Shown here: piece by piece, positions 11,092 through 19,900 of the stretch
How positions within the stretch are numbered: position 1 is the first letter of the stretch
Layout of the letters: each line of letters begins with the position of its first letter
From: an uncultured Planctomycetaceae bacterium
GTDB lineage: Bacteria; Planctomycetota; Planctomycetia; Planctomycetales; Planctomycetaceae
Length of the DNA: 64,000 nucleotides
Reading direction: 5' to 3'
Assembly (NCBI GenBank): GCA_963976765.1
Contig: CAXBME010000023.1
Location: 62,001 to 126,000, forward strand
Position numbers and translations under genes: made by a program
Notes under the pieces: model-generated
What the model was told of the DNA's origin: nothing
The model's input: only the letters and a program-made list of their open reading frames with translations
The model's database searches: none

Positions 11092-12201
11092 GTGTATCTG
11101 ACTTCTACCAGTCTGGCCGCCTGGCTGATTCAACGCGGGCTGCTGAGTCCTGCTGCAATCACGGCTGGAAACTTTGCGATACAGGAGCTGGAGCATCACA
11201 ACCGGGGGTTTTGCGTTTACCGCCCGGCGGAGCAGTCGATCTATGTGAAGCAGCTTCGCGAGCTGGATCGGCCAAACATGCAATGCCTGCTACGCGAAGC
11301 CGCGTTCGGGAATGCGCTGGCGAATTCCGACGGTCTGGACTGGCTCAGAAATCATGTTCCAGAGTTTCTCGACTACGACGTCAGGCATCACGCTGTCACC
11401 ATTCGGTTGATTCCGAAGTCGGTTAATCTTCATGAGTGCATCGAGCAGTGCGGGGTGATGCCAAACCAGCTAATGAGTCAACTTGGAGCGACGATCGCCT
11501 CGTTCCGGACTGCTGAATGTGATGCCATTCTCTCGTCGATGCCCGCTGAAAGTCTGCTGTGTAAGGCTCCCTGGATTCTGTCGTTTCATATTGATCAGGG
11601 AGCGGGCTTTCTGAGTCCGCAGAACGAAGAGTTCCTGAACCTGCTGAAGAACGACCGCCTGTTGACTCGCCATTTTGATGAACTGCACGACAGTTGGCGC
11701 GTCGAGTCTTTGATGCACGGCGACCTGAAATGGAACAACGTGCTGACCCGTTTGGGGGGCGGGACGAACTCGGAAGGCGAATGGTTCATCATCGACTGGG
11801 AGATGGTCGATCGAGGCGATCCACTCTGGGATCTGGCGACGATGGTGCAGTGTTGGTGGCATTACTGGATCCTGTCGACTCCGCCAGACCAGTTAAGTGA
11901 TTTCGACATGCTGCGAGTTCAGCGGAAGCAGGCTTTTGATGAGACTCGGATTTCGTTGAACCTGCTCTGGGCAGGCTACGTCGAAGCGGCGAAGCTGCAC
12001 GGTCCGTCTTATGATGACTGCCGCCGTCGACTCGTGAAGATGGCTGCCGCAAGAATGTTGCAGTCAGTTTACGAGCTATTGAACACCGTTGGCGTCGCCG
12101 CTCAGTACATCGAACTGATGATCGAGATGAGTCGTCGAGTGTTCGCGGACCCCGACTCAATGACGGATTTCTATCCAGGGGCAACTTCTGATGCCGTTTG
12201 A
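11092..12201 (+). CDS. APH-family phosphotransferase, LanK-like Ser/Thr kinase of a class V-type lanthipeptide dehydratase
   Basis: YVKQ, LMHGDLKWNNVL, IIDWEMVDRGDPLWDLA motifs. GTG 11092 (MYLTSTSL) preferred over the track start 11026. Overlaps the next gene, suggesting translational coupling. Confidence 0.85.
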   Translation: MYLTSTSLAAWLIQRGLLSPAAITAGNFAIQELEHHNRGFCVYRPAEQSIYVKQLRELDRPNMQCLLREAAFGNALANSDGLDWLRNHVPEFLDYDVRHHAVTIRLIPKSVNLHECIEQCGVMPNQLMSQLGATIASFRTAECDAILSSMPAESLLCKAPWILSFHIDQGAGFLSPQNEEFLNLLKNDRLLTRHFDELHDSWRVESLMHGDLKWNNVLTRLGGGTNSEGEWFIIDWEMVDRGDPLWDLATMVQCWWHYWILSTPPDQLSDFDMLRVQRKQAFDETRISLNLLWAGYVEAAKLHGPSYDDCRRRLVKMAAARMLQSVYELLNTVGVAAQYIELMIEMSRRVFADPDSMTDFYPGATSDAV

Positions 12202-14626
12202 ACCAGAACTCCGGTCCGAGTTGCAGAGGATCGCCGGCGCCGTGTCGATCACGTCTTTGGAATCGTTCAAGTTTGCTGACCTCCCCGAAGTGACGGTGCG
12301 AAAAGCTGCGGTCAACGAGTCCGATGATTCTCAAGTCGTCGGACGTAAGGCTCTCGTCGAGACGTTGGCGGATATGCTCTACTGGAACTGCTACGTGCAG
12401 CGGTTCGGAGCACAGCCGGCTCGACCGCTTGACGACCTGGAAGTCGTTCACGATTCACACTTCCTGGCCGAACTGTCAGAAGCGAACCAGAGCACGAGCC
12501 ACTGGAGTTCCGGCTGGCGTGTCATTGAGATGGCAAACGAAGGGCAGATTCAGGTCAGAAGAGGGGAGTGCCATCGTGCTCCGGTGCCGGGCGAGTTTCT
12601 GTTTGACGCCGGGCCGGGAATGCGGACGCAGTACGGCGACACGGTCAGCGTTCGAGTCGTTCGAGAGTCGACCATCGTCCAGCGCGGATTCTACTTCTGT
12701 TTCAGCGATGAGATTCCCGATCAGTTTGAAGAGTTCAATTCGGTCCGCGTGTATTTCAACGTTCGACCGGAAGGAGCACCGGCTCTGCTTCGCGAGTTGA
12801 CCGGGCGACTGAATCGTTTCCAGATTCCGTTCCGGTTCAAATGCCCGGTGACGCCGAATCTGTTTAACCGGCGAGACTCCGGTGTCCTTTATGTGCCGTG
12901 GAAATTCTGGCTTGCAGCCCGCCAGTTTGTGGCCGATTCGTTGCCTCATTTTGAATCGTATCTTGAGGACGACGTTCCGCTTTTCACAAAGCCGGTTCAG
13001 CCTGGCGTGGGGTTGGCCGAAGATCCCGGGAACCTGCGAAGCTTCGGGCAGGCTCGCTGTGAGTTTGTGGCTGAAGGGCTGGCTGATTCGTGGCTTGAAG
13101 GGAATTTAGACTTCTCTGTCCAGGTTGCCGTCGACGCGATCGCCGGACGCTTCCAACAGGACGGCATTTCTCTGGAACGTCCGTGGCTGAATCCCGGGTC
13201 TCGCGACTGGCTGGAACTGCCGGCTGCACGCAGATCGGCGATCGGAGTAAGGCCTGCCTCGAATGTTGACGCTCCGAAATGTCTGACTGGCAACGAAAAG
13301 TTTCTCGAAGCAGCCGATCGAATTGGCTCTCGAATTTGTCGCGACGCCATCTGGTCCGGCGAGCGGTGCAACTGGCTTGAATGGGAATCGGAACCACTCG
13401 GCGGCGACTGGCGACCGGTACATCGAGCGCTGGGGCCAACGCCAACTTCTCAAAGTGGTGGAGGCAGTCTTTACGGCGGTGCATCCGGTATCGCACTTTT
13501 TCTGGCGCGGCTTTTTGAATTTACTCGCGAAACCTGCCATCGCGAAACGGCACTCGCTGCGGCCTGGCAGGTTCTTCAACAGGTGAATTCGCAGACTGAC
13601 CGACCGGAATACGGGTTCTACACCGGCTGGCCGGGAGCGATGTGGGCCGTCGTTGAAGTTGGAAGATGTCTCGCGGATGAGTCGCTCGTTGAAGCCGGGC
13701 TGGCCGAATTGCAGAAGCTCTCGGAGGTGCCGCCGACGATCCCCGACACGGATTTGATCAACGGCAGCGCCGGGTTGATCGTTGGCCTGATCGATCTCGG
13801 GTTACGGTGCCAGCAATCTGGCCTGATCGATGTCGCTGTCCGGCATGGCGAGTTTCTTCTGGACGTTGCCGAAGAATCAGAACGCGGAGTCTCGTGGAAA
13901 ACAATTGGCGTCCCGGTTCGTCAAAACCTCACCGGATTCGGGCACGGCGTTTCCGGAATTATCTGTGCGCTGGCCGAGCTGTATCGGGTAACGGAAGACG
14001 ACCGCTTTTCGTCGGTCGTCCATGAGGGAGTGCGATACGAACGCCACTACTTCAGCGAAGAGTTCGGCAACTGGGAAGATCATCGCACCGATGCAGCGCC
14101 GGAGGGGCAGTCGGCGTTTCAGTTTGGCTGGTGCCACGGTGCGCCGGGAATTGCGATGTCTCGATTGCGGCTGCTTGAATTGGGGTTCGACTCGGAACAG
14201 ATTCGGCACGACTTGAAGGTGGCCGCCGCGACAACGCTTGGCAAACTCGTTTACGCCGACATCGACGGGCAGCGGGAGTTCGGCTTGTGCCACGGCCTGG
14301 CGGGCAACTGCGACGTGCCTTTGCTCTTGTCAGAGTCTCCGGAAGTCATGCAATGGCTCGGTGAAGCGAGAGGGCCAGGGGGTGTGAGAGAAAACTCGGC
14401 CGACTTGATCAAGCGGAATTGGCTCAAGCATGTTGCCGAGGTAGCGGAGTCTGGAATCCGCCTGTTTGGCCAAACCGGCATTCCGTGGCCGAGTAACAAC
14501 GCATTGCCCGGCGAGTCGCCGACTCTCTTTAACGGCACTTCCGGCATTGGCTACTTCTATCTGAGAGCGTACTCGCCGCAACGGGTTCCGTCCGTGCTGA
14601 TGCCTGGTAAGTCGTCAAACGATTAG
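12191..14626 (+). CDS. HopA1-like phospho-Ser/Thr lyase (LanY-like) fused to a LanC-family lanthionine cyclase
   Basis: N-half: RVYFNV...FRFKC...RRDSGVLYV...VPLFTKPVQPGVGLAEDP...SFGQARC (HopA1-like). C-half: LYGGASGIALFL, DLINGSAG, GFGHGVSGI, WCHGAPGI, LCHGLAGN, LFNGTSGIGY (LanC barrel with Cys/Cys-His Zn ligands). Confidence 0.9.
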   Translation: MPFEPELRSELQRIAGAVSITSLESFKFADLPEVTVRKAAVNESDDSQVVGRKALVETLADMLYWNCYVQRFGAQPARPLDDLEVVHDSHFLAELSEANQSTSHWSSGWRVIEMANEGQIQVRRGECHRAPVPGEFLFDAGPGMRTQYGDTVSVRVVRESTIVQRGFYFCFSDEIPDQFEEFNSVRVYFNVRPEGAPALLRELTGRLNRFQIPFRFKCPVTPNLFNRRDSGVLYVPWKFWLAARQFVADSLPHFESYLEDDVPLFTKPVQPGVGLAEDPGNLRSFGQARCEFVAEGLADSWLEGNLDFSVQVAVDAIAGRFQQDGISLERPWLNPGSRDWLELPAARRSAIGVRPASNVDAPKCLTGNEKFLEAADRIGSRICRDAIWSGERCNWLEWESEPLGGDWRPVHRALGPTPTSQSGGGSLYGGASGIALFLARLFEFTRETCHRETALAAAWQVLQQVNSQTDRPEYGFYTGWPGAMWAVVEVGRCLADESLVEAGLAELQKLSEVPPTIPDTDLINGSAGLIVGLIDLGLRCQQSGLIDVAVRHGEFLLDVAEESERGVSWKTIGVPVRQNLTGFGHGVSGIICALAELYRVTEDDRFSSVVHEGVRYERHYFSEEFGNWEDHRTDAAPEGQSAFQFGWCHGAPGIAMSRLRLLELGFDSEQIRHDLKVAAATTLGKLVYADIDGQREFGLCHGLAGNCDVPLLLSESPEVMQWLGEARGPGGVRENSADLIKRNWLKHVAEVAESGIRLFGQTGIPWPSNNALPGESPTLFNGTSGIGYFYLRAYSPQRVPSVLMPGKSSND

Positions 14627-14781
14627 AGCAACTTCATTTGTCGTGCCGCTGGCGGTTTCCGTGTGAAGATACGCGGCAGCGTTTCGACAGACTCGACAGG
14701 TCGATAACCTTCCCGTAGAGGCACGTTGACCGGGTTGACGGCTGTCGTTTGCCACAAAAGACAGAATGGAGAAATTTCAGC

Positions 14782-15267
14782 ATGAGCTACATCGAGCACG
14801 TTAAAAGTCTCTACGGGATGAATCGCGAACGGACGCTGGCAACTCTGAATTCCATTGCCGAAATGGATAACCCACAGAATGTTCTGGGATGGCGACCGGG
14901 GCCAGGGCGAGCACACATCGGCTGGCAGTTGATGCACGTTGCGGTGACCGAAGAGCTGTTTGCGACCGAGCGCCTGCTGGAAACTCAGCCCGGAATGGCT
15001 GACCTGATTCCTCGATTCAAAGGTGGCAGCACGCCCGACGACGAAATCCCCACGGTGGACGAACTCCGGGATGCCTTGGCCACAAGCCGAGAGCACCTGT
15101 TGGCAGCTTTCGGACAATTCTCGGACGACGACCTGGAAAACGTTCCGGCACCTTTGCAGGAACGTGGCTGGACGTTGCGGAAGACTCTACAGATCATCTG
15201 CTGGCACGAGGGCCATCATCAGGGCCAGGCTCACCTGACGCTGAACCTTTACAAAGCCGCTCACTGA
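14782..15267 (+). CDS. DinB/YfiT family protein
   Basis: AHIGWQLMHVA...WHEGHHQGQ His metal motif; start MSYIEHV. Confidence 0.85.
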   Translation: MSYIEHVKSLYGMNRERTLATLNSIAEMDNPQNVLGWRPGPGRAHIGWQLMHVAVTEELFATERLLETQPGMADLIPRFKGGSTPDDEIPTVDELRDALATSREHLLAAFGQFSDDDLENVPAPLQERGWTLRKTLQIICWHEGHHQGQAHLTLNLYKAAH

Positions 15268-15297
15268 CGACCGGCCAAATGGATGAATGGATAAAAT

Positions 15298-15372
15298 GGG
15301 TGCCACTGCTGGCTTGCCAGCAGTGCGTGATTTGTGACTTCGAACACTGCTGGCAAGCCGGCAGTGGCACCC
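15298..15372. repeat. REP-like inverted doublet
   Basis: GGGTGCCACTGCTGGCTTGCCAGCAGTG ... CACTGCTGGCAAGCCGGCAGTGGCACCC: 28-bp inverted repeat with 1 mismatch, each arm internally palindromic. Confidence 0.8.
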
Positions 15373-15423
15373 GTCGAGCCCTCTCCGCTCTCCGCGATTT
15401 TTCCCAATCTGGATAACTTCAAC

Positions 15424-16437
15424 GTGGCTGACAAACGCGACTTCGACGAGTTTCTGGAGAAGTTCCGGAAGCATCACGAGCTGATGAAGGACGAACTGCA
15501 GAAGGTCATCATTGGCCAGGAAGCGGTCATCGACCAGATTCTTGCTGCGATTTTTACGGGCGGCCATTGCCTGCTGGTCGGTGTGCCGGGACTGGCGAAG
15601 ACGCTGATCGTCAGCACGATCGCAAAGATTCTGGACGTCGAGTTCAAGCGGATTCAGTTTACGCCGGACCTGATGCCGTCTGACATTACCGGCACCAACG
15701 TGCTGGACGAGAACGATGCTGGCCGCCGAGAATTCCGGTTCGTTCAGGGGCCGGTGTTTACCAACATTCTCCTGGCCGACGAAATCAACCGAACGCCGCC
15801 GAAGACACAGGCGGCACTGCTTCAGTCGATGCAGGAGCACGAGGTTACGGTCGGGCAAACGACCTACGATCTGCCGGATCCGTTCTTCGTGATCGCCACT
15901 CAGAATCCGATCGAACAGGAAGGGACGTACCCGCTGCCCGAAGCGCAACTCGACCGCTTCATGTTCAACGTGAAGGTCGACTACCCAACGTTCGAAGAAG
16001 AAGAGCGAGTGCTCGAATCCACGTCGCGCGGTGAGAAGCCGGAAGTTCGAAAGGTGCTCACCGCAAAGTCGATCGTCTTTCTACAGAAGCAGATCGGGCA
16101 GATTGAAGTCGCTCCGATGACGATCAACTATGTCGCCAGCCTGGTGCGGGCGACTCGTCCGAAAGACGAGCTGGCTCCGAAGTTCATTCAGGATCTGATC
16201 GACTGGGGGGCCGGCCCGCGAGCCGGGCAGTACCTCATTGCCGGCGGGCGAGCGATGGCTGCAATGGATGGTCGCCCTGTGGTTTCGCTCGAAGATATTC
16301 GGAAGGTGGCGATTCCGGTGCTGAGGCATCGAATCGCGCCGAACTTTCAGGCCCAGGCCGAAGGCTACACGCCTGAATCCATCATCGAACGGCTGATCAA
16401 GGAAGTTCCCGAGCCGAAGATTCGCAAGTACGAATAG
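15424..16437 (+). CDS. MoxR-family AAA+ ATPase
   Basis: GVPGLAKT, RIQFTPDLMPSDITG, LADEINRTPPKTQAALL, ATQNPIEQEGTYPLPEAQLDRF. Start moved to GTG 15424 because the track start lies inside a REP. Confidence 0.95.
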   Translation: MADKRDFDEFLEKFRKHHELMKDELQKVIIGQEAVIDQILAAIFTGGHCLLVGVPGLAKTLIVSTIAKILDVEFKRIQFTPDLMPSDITGTNVLDENDAGRREFRFVQGPVFTNILLADEINRTPPKTQAALLQSMQEHEVTVGQTTYDLPDPFFVIATQNPIEQEGTYPLPEAQLDRFMFNVKVDYPTFEEEERVLESTSRGEKPEVRKVLTAKSIVFLQKQIGQIEVAPMTINYVASLVRATRPKDELAPKFIQDLIDWGAGPRAGQYLIAGGRAMAAMDGRPVVSLEDIRKVAIPVLRHRIAPNFQAQAEGYTPESIIERLIKEVPEPKIRKYE

Positions 16438-16511
16438 TTCCTCGCTATGCTGCCAGGTTCGAATCGGTCGACATCTTGCCCGCATGAATTTCTTTTGGCC
16501 ATGATTGTTGC

Positions 16512-17645
16512 ATGAGATTTCAGCAAACAAACCGCACTCCCTACCTGAACCGAGGCGACCAGAAACGCCTGCTGGTTCTCGTGGGGATGATTGCCATGAT
16601 CGTGTTTTCGATCGAGTTTGCGGCTCGGCCGAGTTCGTGGTACTGGCTCACCGGTCGTCCTGCTGATGCTGAACCGAAAAGCGAGCCGAAAACGGAAACA
16701 CCGCGACCGCCAGAGAAGATCGATTTCCGACCGGACATGAAGGAGTCGACACTCGGTCCGCAGGTCATCCGGGTGTTGCGTGGCCACACTCCTGCCGACG
16801 CCGACCGATACAAGCCGGGCAGCGATTCCGCAGAGTCAGTCGACACGGCAGAGCATGAACTGAAACTGGCTCCGGAGTTGATCGAACAGATCCGGGATAA
16901 CGCGGTCGGCATTCGCGAGTCTGAGCGGGAACTTTACTACTACCTGCTCGCCAAGACTCGCGACGTTCCGGCCACAACGCTTGCCGGCGCGGCGCGACCG
17001 AGCATCGCCTTTGCCGTCCTGATGAACGAGTCGAAAAAACTACTCGGTGAAATCATCACGGTGAAGGGCGAACTGCGTCGGCTGGCGCCGATCCCTGCTG
17101 GAAAGAACGAGTTCGGAATCGAGACCATCTGGGAAGGCTGGCTGTTCAACGCAGATTCAGGATTGAACCCGTACTGCGTCCGCATGACGAGCATTCCGAA
17201 AGGCATTCCCACCGGTCAGGAACTTGGTCCCGGAGTCGTCGTCAATGTCACTGGCTATTTCCTGAAGCGGTACGGCTACCCCGCTCAGCAGGACCGCTTG
17301 CACGTCGCTCCGTTGATCCTGGCAAAGAACGTCCGCTGGTTTCAGCAGCGCCCGACGACAGTTCCCGACGACATGGGCATCGTGCCTTACGTTCTGGGCT
17401 TCTCAGGGATCATGGCGGTTACGATTTCGATCCTGCTTTACCGCTTCCGCAGCAGCGATCGCGAGTTCGAAAAGAAACACCTTCGCCGCCTGACCGCCGC
17501 TCCTGAAGGAGCCATCGCCGCCATCAGCGACCTGCCCACCTTCGAACTCGAAGAATCCCTCAGGCAACTCTCCGCCGAACACGCCTCGTCAATCGAAATC
17601 GTCGAGTCTGAATCCGACGAGGAGCAGGACGCAGTTGAGCGATGA
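16512..17645 (+). CDS. Hypothetical membrane protein (two TM segments flanking a soluble domain)
   Basis: Hydrophobic LLVLVGMIAMIVFSI and IVPYVLGFSGIMAVTISILLY; 377-aa ORF. Confidence 0.75.
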   Translation: MRFQQTNRTPYLNRGDQKRLLVLVGMIAMIVFSIEFAARPSSWYWLTGRPADAEPKSEPKTETPRPPEKIDFRPDMKESTLGPQVIRVLRGHTPADADRYKPGSDSAESVDTAEHELKLAPELIEQIRDNAVGIRESERELYYYLLAKTRDVPATTLAGAARPSIAFAVLMNESKKLLGEIITVKGELRRLAPIPAGKNEFGIETIWEGWLFNADSGLNPYCVRMTSIPKGIPTGQELGPGVVVNVTGYFLKRYGYPAQQDRLHVAPLILAKNVRWFQQRPTTVPDDMGIVPYVLGFSGIMAVTISILLYRFRSSDREFEKKHLRRLTAAPEGAIAAISDLPTFELEESLRQLSAEHASSIEIVESESDEEQDAVER

Positions 17646-17658
17646 CAGGCTTCAGGTC

Positions 17659-17797
17659 GCCCAACGGAAGGTTTTTACGACACCGCCCTGAACGAAGCGA
17701 ACGATGCCAGAACTACAGAAATTGTACCAAAGCCAGCGATCACTGCCAAAGATCGAAGGTGTGCCCGAAGGGCCTTAGCGTAAAAACCATGTTGTCC
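17659..17797 (-). mobile_element. attC-like integron cassette recombination site
   Basis: Minus strand GGACAAC-at-GGTTTTTACG ... CGTAAAAACC-ttcc-GTTGGGC: 139-bp imperfect palindrome ending in a GTTRRRY core, just after the stop of ORF 17809-18250. Confidence 0.7.
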
Positions 17798-17808
17798 GAC
17801 CCGGTGCA

Positions 17809-18250
17809 TCACCTGAATGGCCGCCCTTTAATCATCTCAAAGTGATGAAGACGACAGAAAACGCTGTGCTGAGTAGTCTTATTGGAGCAATCTGAATTTC
17901 TGCAGACAGCGTCGCCGGATTCATCACCAAGCGAGTTGAAAAACATGGTGTCTTCGTGACGCTCGCGAATGATGTGAGTCATGCCATCATTTGAAGCGAG
18001 CCACGCATGAGGATCACAAGTTGGAATTTGATACAAGCAAACCGGTCCGCCGCCGTGTCGCTCACTGAAAGGGTATTCTTTTGCCCAGAGGGCCGAACAA
18101 ACCCGACAGCGAAGAATCGCAAGCCATTTCGCTGAGTCGGAAGCGACTTCATCAAGGGTTGGTAGTAGTTCCGATGTTGCCGCAATACGAGCCTCAACGT
18201 CAGCAAACGTTTCAAGTTGCGACGCGAATCGAGAACAGGAACATCGCATT
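17809..18250 (-). CDS. Hypothetical Cys-rich protein, cassette ORF
   Basis: MRCSC...CRVC...C-terminal CRNSDC..FCRLHHFEMI. Flanked by the exact 12-bp inverted repeat GTTGTCCGACCC (17791-17802) / GGGTCGGACAAC (18257-18268). ATG near 18250 preferred over the track start 18267. Confidence 0.65.
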
Positions 18251-18391
18251 TGGTGAGGGTCGGACAACGGGGTTCTTAATGACAGCCCTGTCGTTTATGC
18301 AGGGCACGAGGTTCGGAGAATCTCGCAGAACTGGTCAGAGGTCAAGCCGAACGCTCCGAGTCTGGCGACGGGGTGCGCTTAGCGATTTCGG

Positions 18392-18476
18392 GCAGGTCAG
18401 ACTCCGCCTGACGGAATTCAGGTCAGGCAAGGCGGATCTTCCATCTTCAGATTCCGTCAGACGAAGCCTGGCCTGC
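18392..18476. repeat. Degenerate REP-like inverted doublet
   Basis: GCAGGTCAGACTCCGCCTGACGG ... CCGTCAGACGAAGCCTGGCCTGC; a related GTCTGGCAGCGCCTGACCTAC occurs near 61246-61267. Confidence 0.5.
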
Positions 18477-18594
18477 GGTGTTGCAGGGGCTCGCCACGGT
18501 GGTGCAGGTCGTGTCTCGCCCCGGTCTGCTTCCGCTTGCCGGGACACGTCCCAGCCAACCTTACGATGCTGGGCGGACCGGTTATGGAGTCAGA

Positions 18595-18884
18595 TCAACG
18601 GTCTGTCCAGAAGCGAGGTTTTCGAGACGTGTGGACGATGGCGATGACGACCCAGTGGTCTGTGGTTTTCCGAAAGATAAGTTGATATGGAAAACGCCGC
18701 ATCAGATCGAAGTGGTGGCGTTCGTCGCACTGTGGGAATCGGCCGGGATCCTCGGAATCGTCTGAATTACCCGGTCGAATTCTGCATCGAAACCCTCGGC
18801 AATGTGGATGTCGCGATCGGCATATCAGTTGAGTGTTTCGGCGTAATCCAGCTCGGCTGCCGAACTGAAGATCAGTTTAACCAT
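18595..18884 (-). pseudogene. RelE/ParE-family toxin pseudogene
   Basis: Manual translation: MVKLIFSSAAELDYAETLN*YADRDIHIAEGFDAEFDRVIQTI/frameshift/EDPGRFPQCDERHHFDLMRRFPYQLIFRKTTDHWVVIAIVHTSRKPRFWTDR. TGA at 18825-18827 where Trp is expected, plus a 1-nt deletion. Confidence 0.85.
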
Positions 18885-19113
18885 CGAGGCCAGCCTCGCG
18901 ACGAACACGCTGTCTGACTTCGGACCACGGTGAAGCAGTCATTTGGCCGTTGTCGTAAGCCTCACTGCGTCGTTGTACTTCCGACATCCAATCGTCGCGA
19001 GGGGGCAACCAGTCGTTAATCGCGACGGTGTCCCATAACGCGGCGATGATCGGCGCGCGGTCACCAGACGGCAGGGCCTGCGCCGCGTCCAGAATTTCCT
19101 GAAGCGTAGTCAT
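18877..19113 (-). CDS. Putative addiction-module antitoxin
   Basis: MTTLQEILDAAQALPSGDRA...LWDT...WMSEVQRRSEAYDNGQMTASPWSEVRQR; overlaps the toxin start, as usual for TA pairs. Confidence 0.85.
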   Translation of the reverse strand: MTTLQEILDAAQALPSGDRAPIIAALWDTVAINDWLPPRDDWMSEVQRRSEAYDNGQMTASPWSEVRQRVRREAGLDG

Positions 19114-19131
19114 GGGGCACATCCCGAGGTC

Positions 19132-19268
19132 GCCCGGTGGAAGATTTTTACGACACCGCCCTGAACACTGCTAGCGACGTCTGAACCGCGGGAAATTGTA
19201 ACAATGCCAGTTCGCGTTACCGAACAAGGAAGGCGTGCCGAAGACCTGGCATAATAACCATGTCTGCC
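19132..19268 (-). mobile_element. Degenerate second copy of the attC-like element
   Basis: Shares GGTCGCCC...TTTTTACGACACCGCCCTGAAC...GAAATTGTA.CAA.GCCAG...AACCATGT with 17659-17797; both core sites are mutated. Confidence 0.55.
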
Positions 19269-19320
19269 GCGACGGACCCGATGACCTCGGAGAGATGTTG
19301 GCAGTGACGTAGGCTGGGGC

Positions 19321-19746
19321 TTGACACAGCTTGTTTCCAATTGCTTGTGTTCGGCGACCCGCGCTTGGACGGATTACGACATGAAGGTCGAAGCGTCTGC
19401 CGGCGAGAAAACGACCAATCACGTCCTGGTGTTTCGATTCGTGGATAAAGAACACTGCTTGCGTCTTGGGGTCTCGACCTGGGCTCCGAAACGCCTCGAC
19501 CTTGTCTGCCATTTTCCAGGTGTCTATCCCTGGCACAGTCCGGCATGTCACTGGATACCGGATCGGTTGCACGGCAAGTTTAACGTCTGGTACTCGACCG
19601 AGATTCCGAGTGCGGGGCCAGATGTGACCGTCCAGGTCGATGGGAAAGTTCTGACCACGAGCCAGCTGCCGGGAATCCAACCTGGCTGTGTGGGGTTTCA
19701 GACATTCGGCCACGGATCAGTAAAGTGGCGAAATCTGGAAGTCTGA
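19321..19746 (+). pseudogene. Probable gene fragment, concanavalin/DUF1080-like beta-sandwich C-terminal part
   Basis: WTDYDMKVEA...GPDVTVQVDGK...GCVGFQTFGHGSVKWRNLEV resembles a DUF1080-type C-terminus. No convincing start; begins inside a REP-like motif. Confidence 0.4.
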
Positions 19747-19900
19747 TAAGTCGGATGGCACGCTGCTCTGGAGCGGTTTCCCTGAGCTTCCGTCGGGAAA
19801 GTGGTACGGCCTCAGGAGTTCTTCCGACCTTGGTTTCTGGTGGGATTCAGAATCGTCGTCGCACGGAACAGACGTTGTCCCTGTAAATGCTTGCTGAAAT

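Noticed and set aside
14782..16437. DinB and MoxR as members of the RiPP cluster
   Set aside because: Separated by a ~150-bp gap and a REP, and both are common standalone genes; a link cannot be supported without synteny data.
18825..18827. In-frame TGA in parE as selenocysteine or programmed readthrough
   Set aside because: The position corresponds to Trp and a separate frameshift follows, so ordinary decay is the simpler explanation.
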